From Azospirillum sp. (GTDB lineage Bacteria; Pseudomonadota; Alphaproteobacteria; Azospirillales; Azospirillaceae), in the NCBI RefSeq assembly GCF_035627195.1, contig NZ_DASPMG010000121.1, positions 2,498 through 66,497 of the forward strand: a stretch of 64,000 nucleotides of DNA, read 5' to 3'. Shown here in pieces: positions 63,817-64,000 of this stretch. Each line of letters begins with the position of its first letter. The stretch's first letter is position 1. A program made the translations under genes and the position numbers. The notes under the pieces are model-generated. The model searched no databases. It was not told the origin of the DNA and saw only the letters and a list, made by a program, of their open reading frames with translations.

Positions 63817-64000
63817 ATGCTTGATGTCGCCAACCTGCACGCCCACTACGGGCTCAGCCACGTGCTCCAAGGCGTCAGCCTGACTGGCCGGCCCGGCGAG
63901 GTGGTCAGCCTGTTCGGCCGCAACGGCGTGGGCAAGACCACCATCGTCAAGACCATCGCCGGCTGGCTGAAGCCCACCTCCGGCACCATCCGCCTGGACG
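63817..64000 (+). CDS. LivF-type ABC ATPase, 5' part only
   Basis: MLDVANLHAHYGLSHVLQGVSL...GRNGVGKTT; runs off the window. Confidence 0.85.
   Translation, partial: MLDVANLHAHYGLSHVLQGVSLTGRPGEVVSLFGRNGVGKTTIVKTIAGWLKPTSGTIRLD

Overview
High-GC alphaproteobacterial DNA; gene content and REP families suggest an Azospirillum-like organism (inference). The window has four blocks. (1) 1-21.6 kb: catabolic and transport operons (glyoxylate-type aminotransferase, TRAP transporter, CoA enzymes, a Liv-type ABC transporter flanked by two ATC-hydrolase-family genes, ybaK, an HWE kinase, hppD). (2) 21.8-26.9 kb: a tungsten aldehyde oxidoreductase (aorABC-like) cluster with two MoaD-like genes. (3) About 27-50 kb: an accessory island and the main discovery candidate. 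It encodes a CHASE2 nucleotide cyclase, a Crp-family regulator, a cNMP-domain MscS channel, a CsgG/HfaB-like lipoprotein, OmpA/DUF4384/DUF4399 proteins, a secreted caspase-FGE protein and several small secreted proteins, including two paralogs built from N-x-A-A-G-I-G-N-x-A-x-Q curlin/Fap-like repeats. Ten intergenic TGTGG-N6-TCACA-type boxes, each 21-22 nt upstream of a -10-like hexamer (class II Crp geometry), link these genes and one putative ~60-nt sRNA into a predicted regulon. (4) 50-64 kb: a PilZ-bearing chemoreceptor, an AraC regulator and an hmfABCDE-like 2-furoate degradation operon with an ABC transporter. No rRNA, tRNA, CRISPR or transposase was seen. All family calls come from motif recognition by eye, not database searches.
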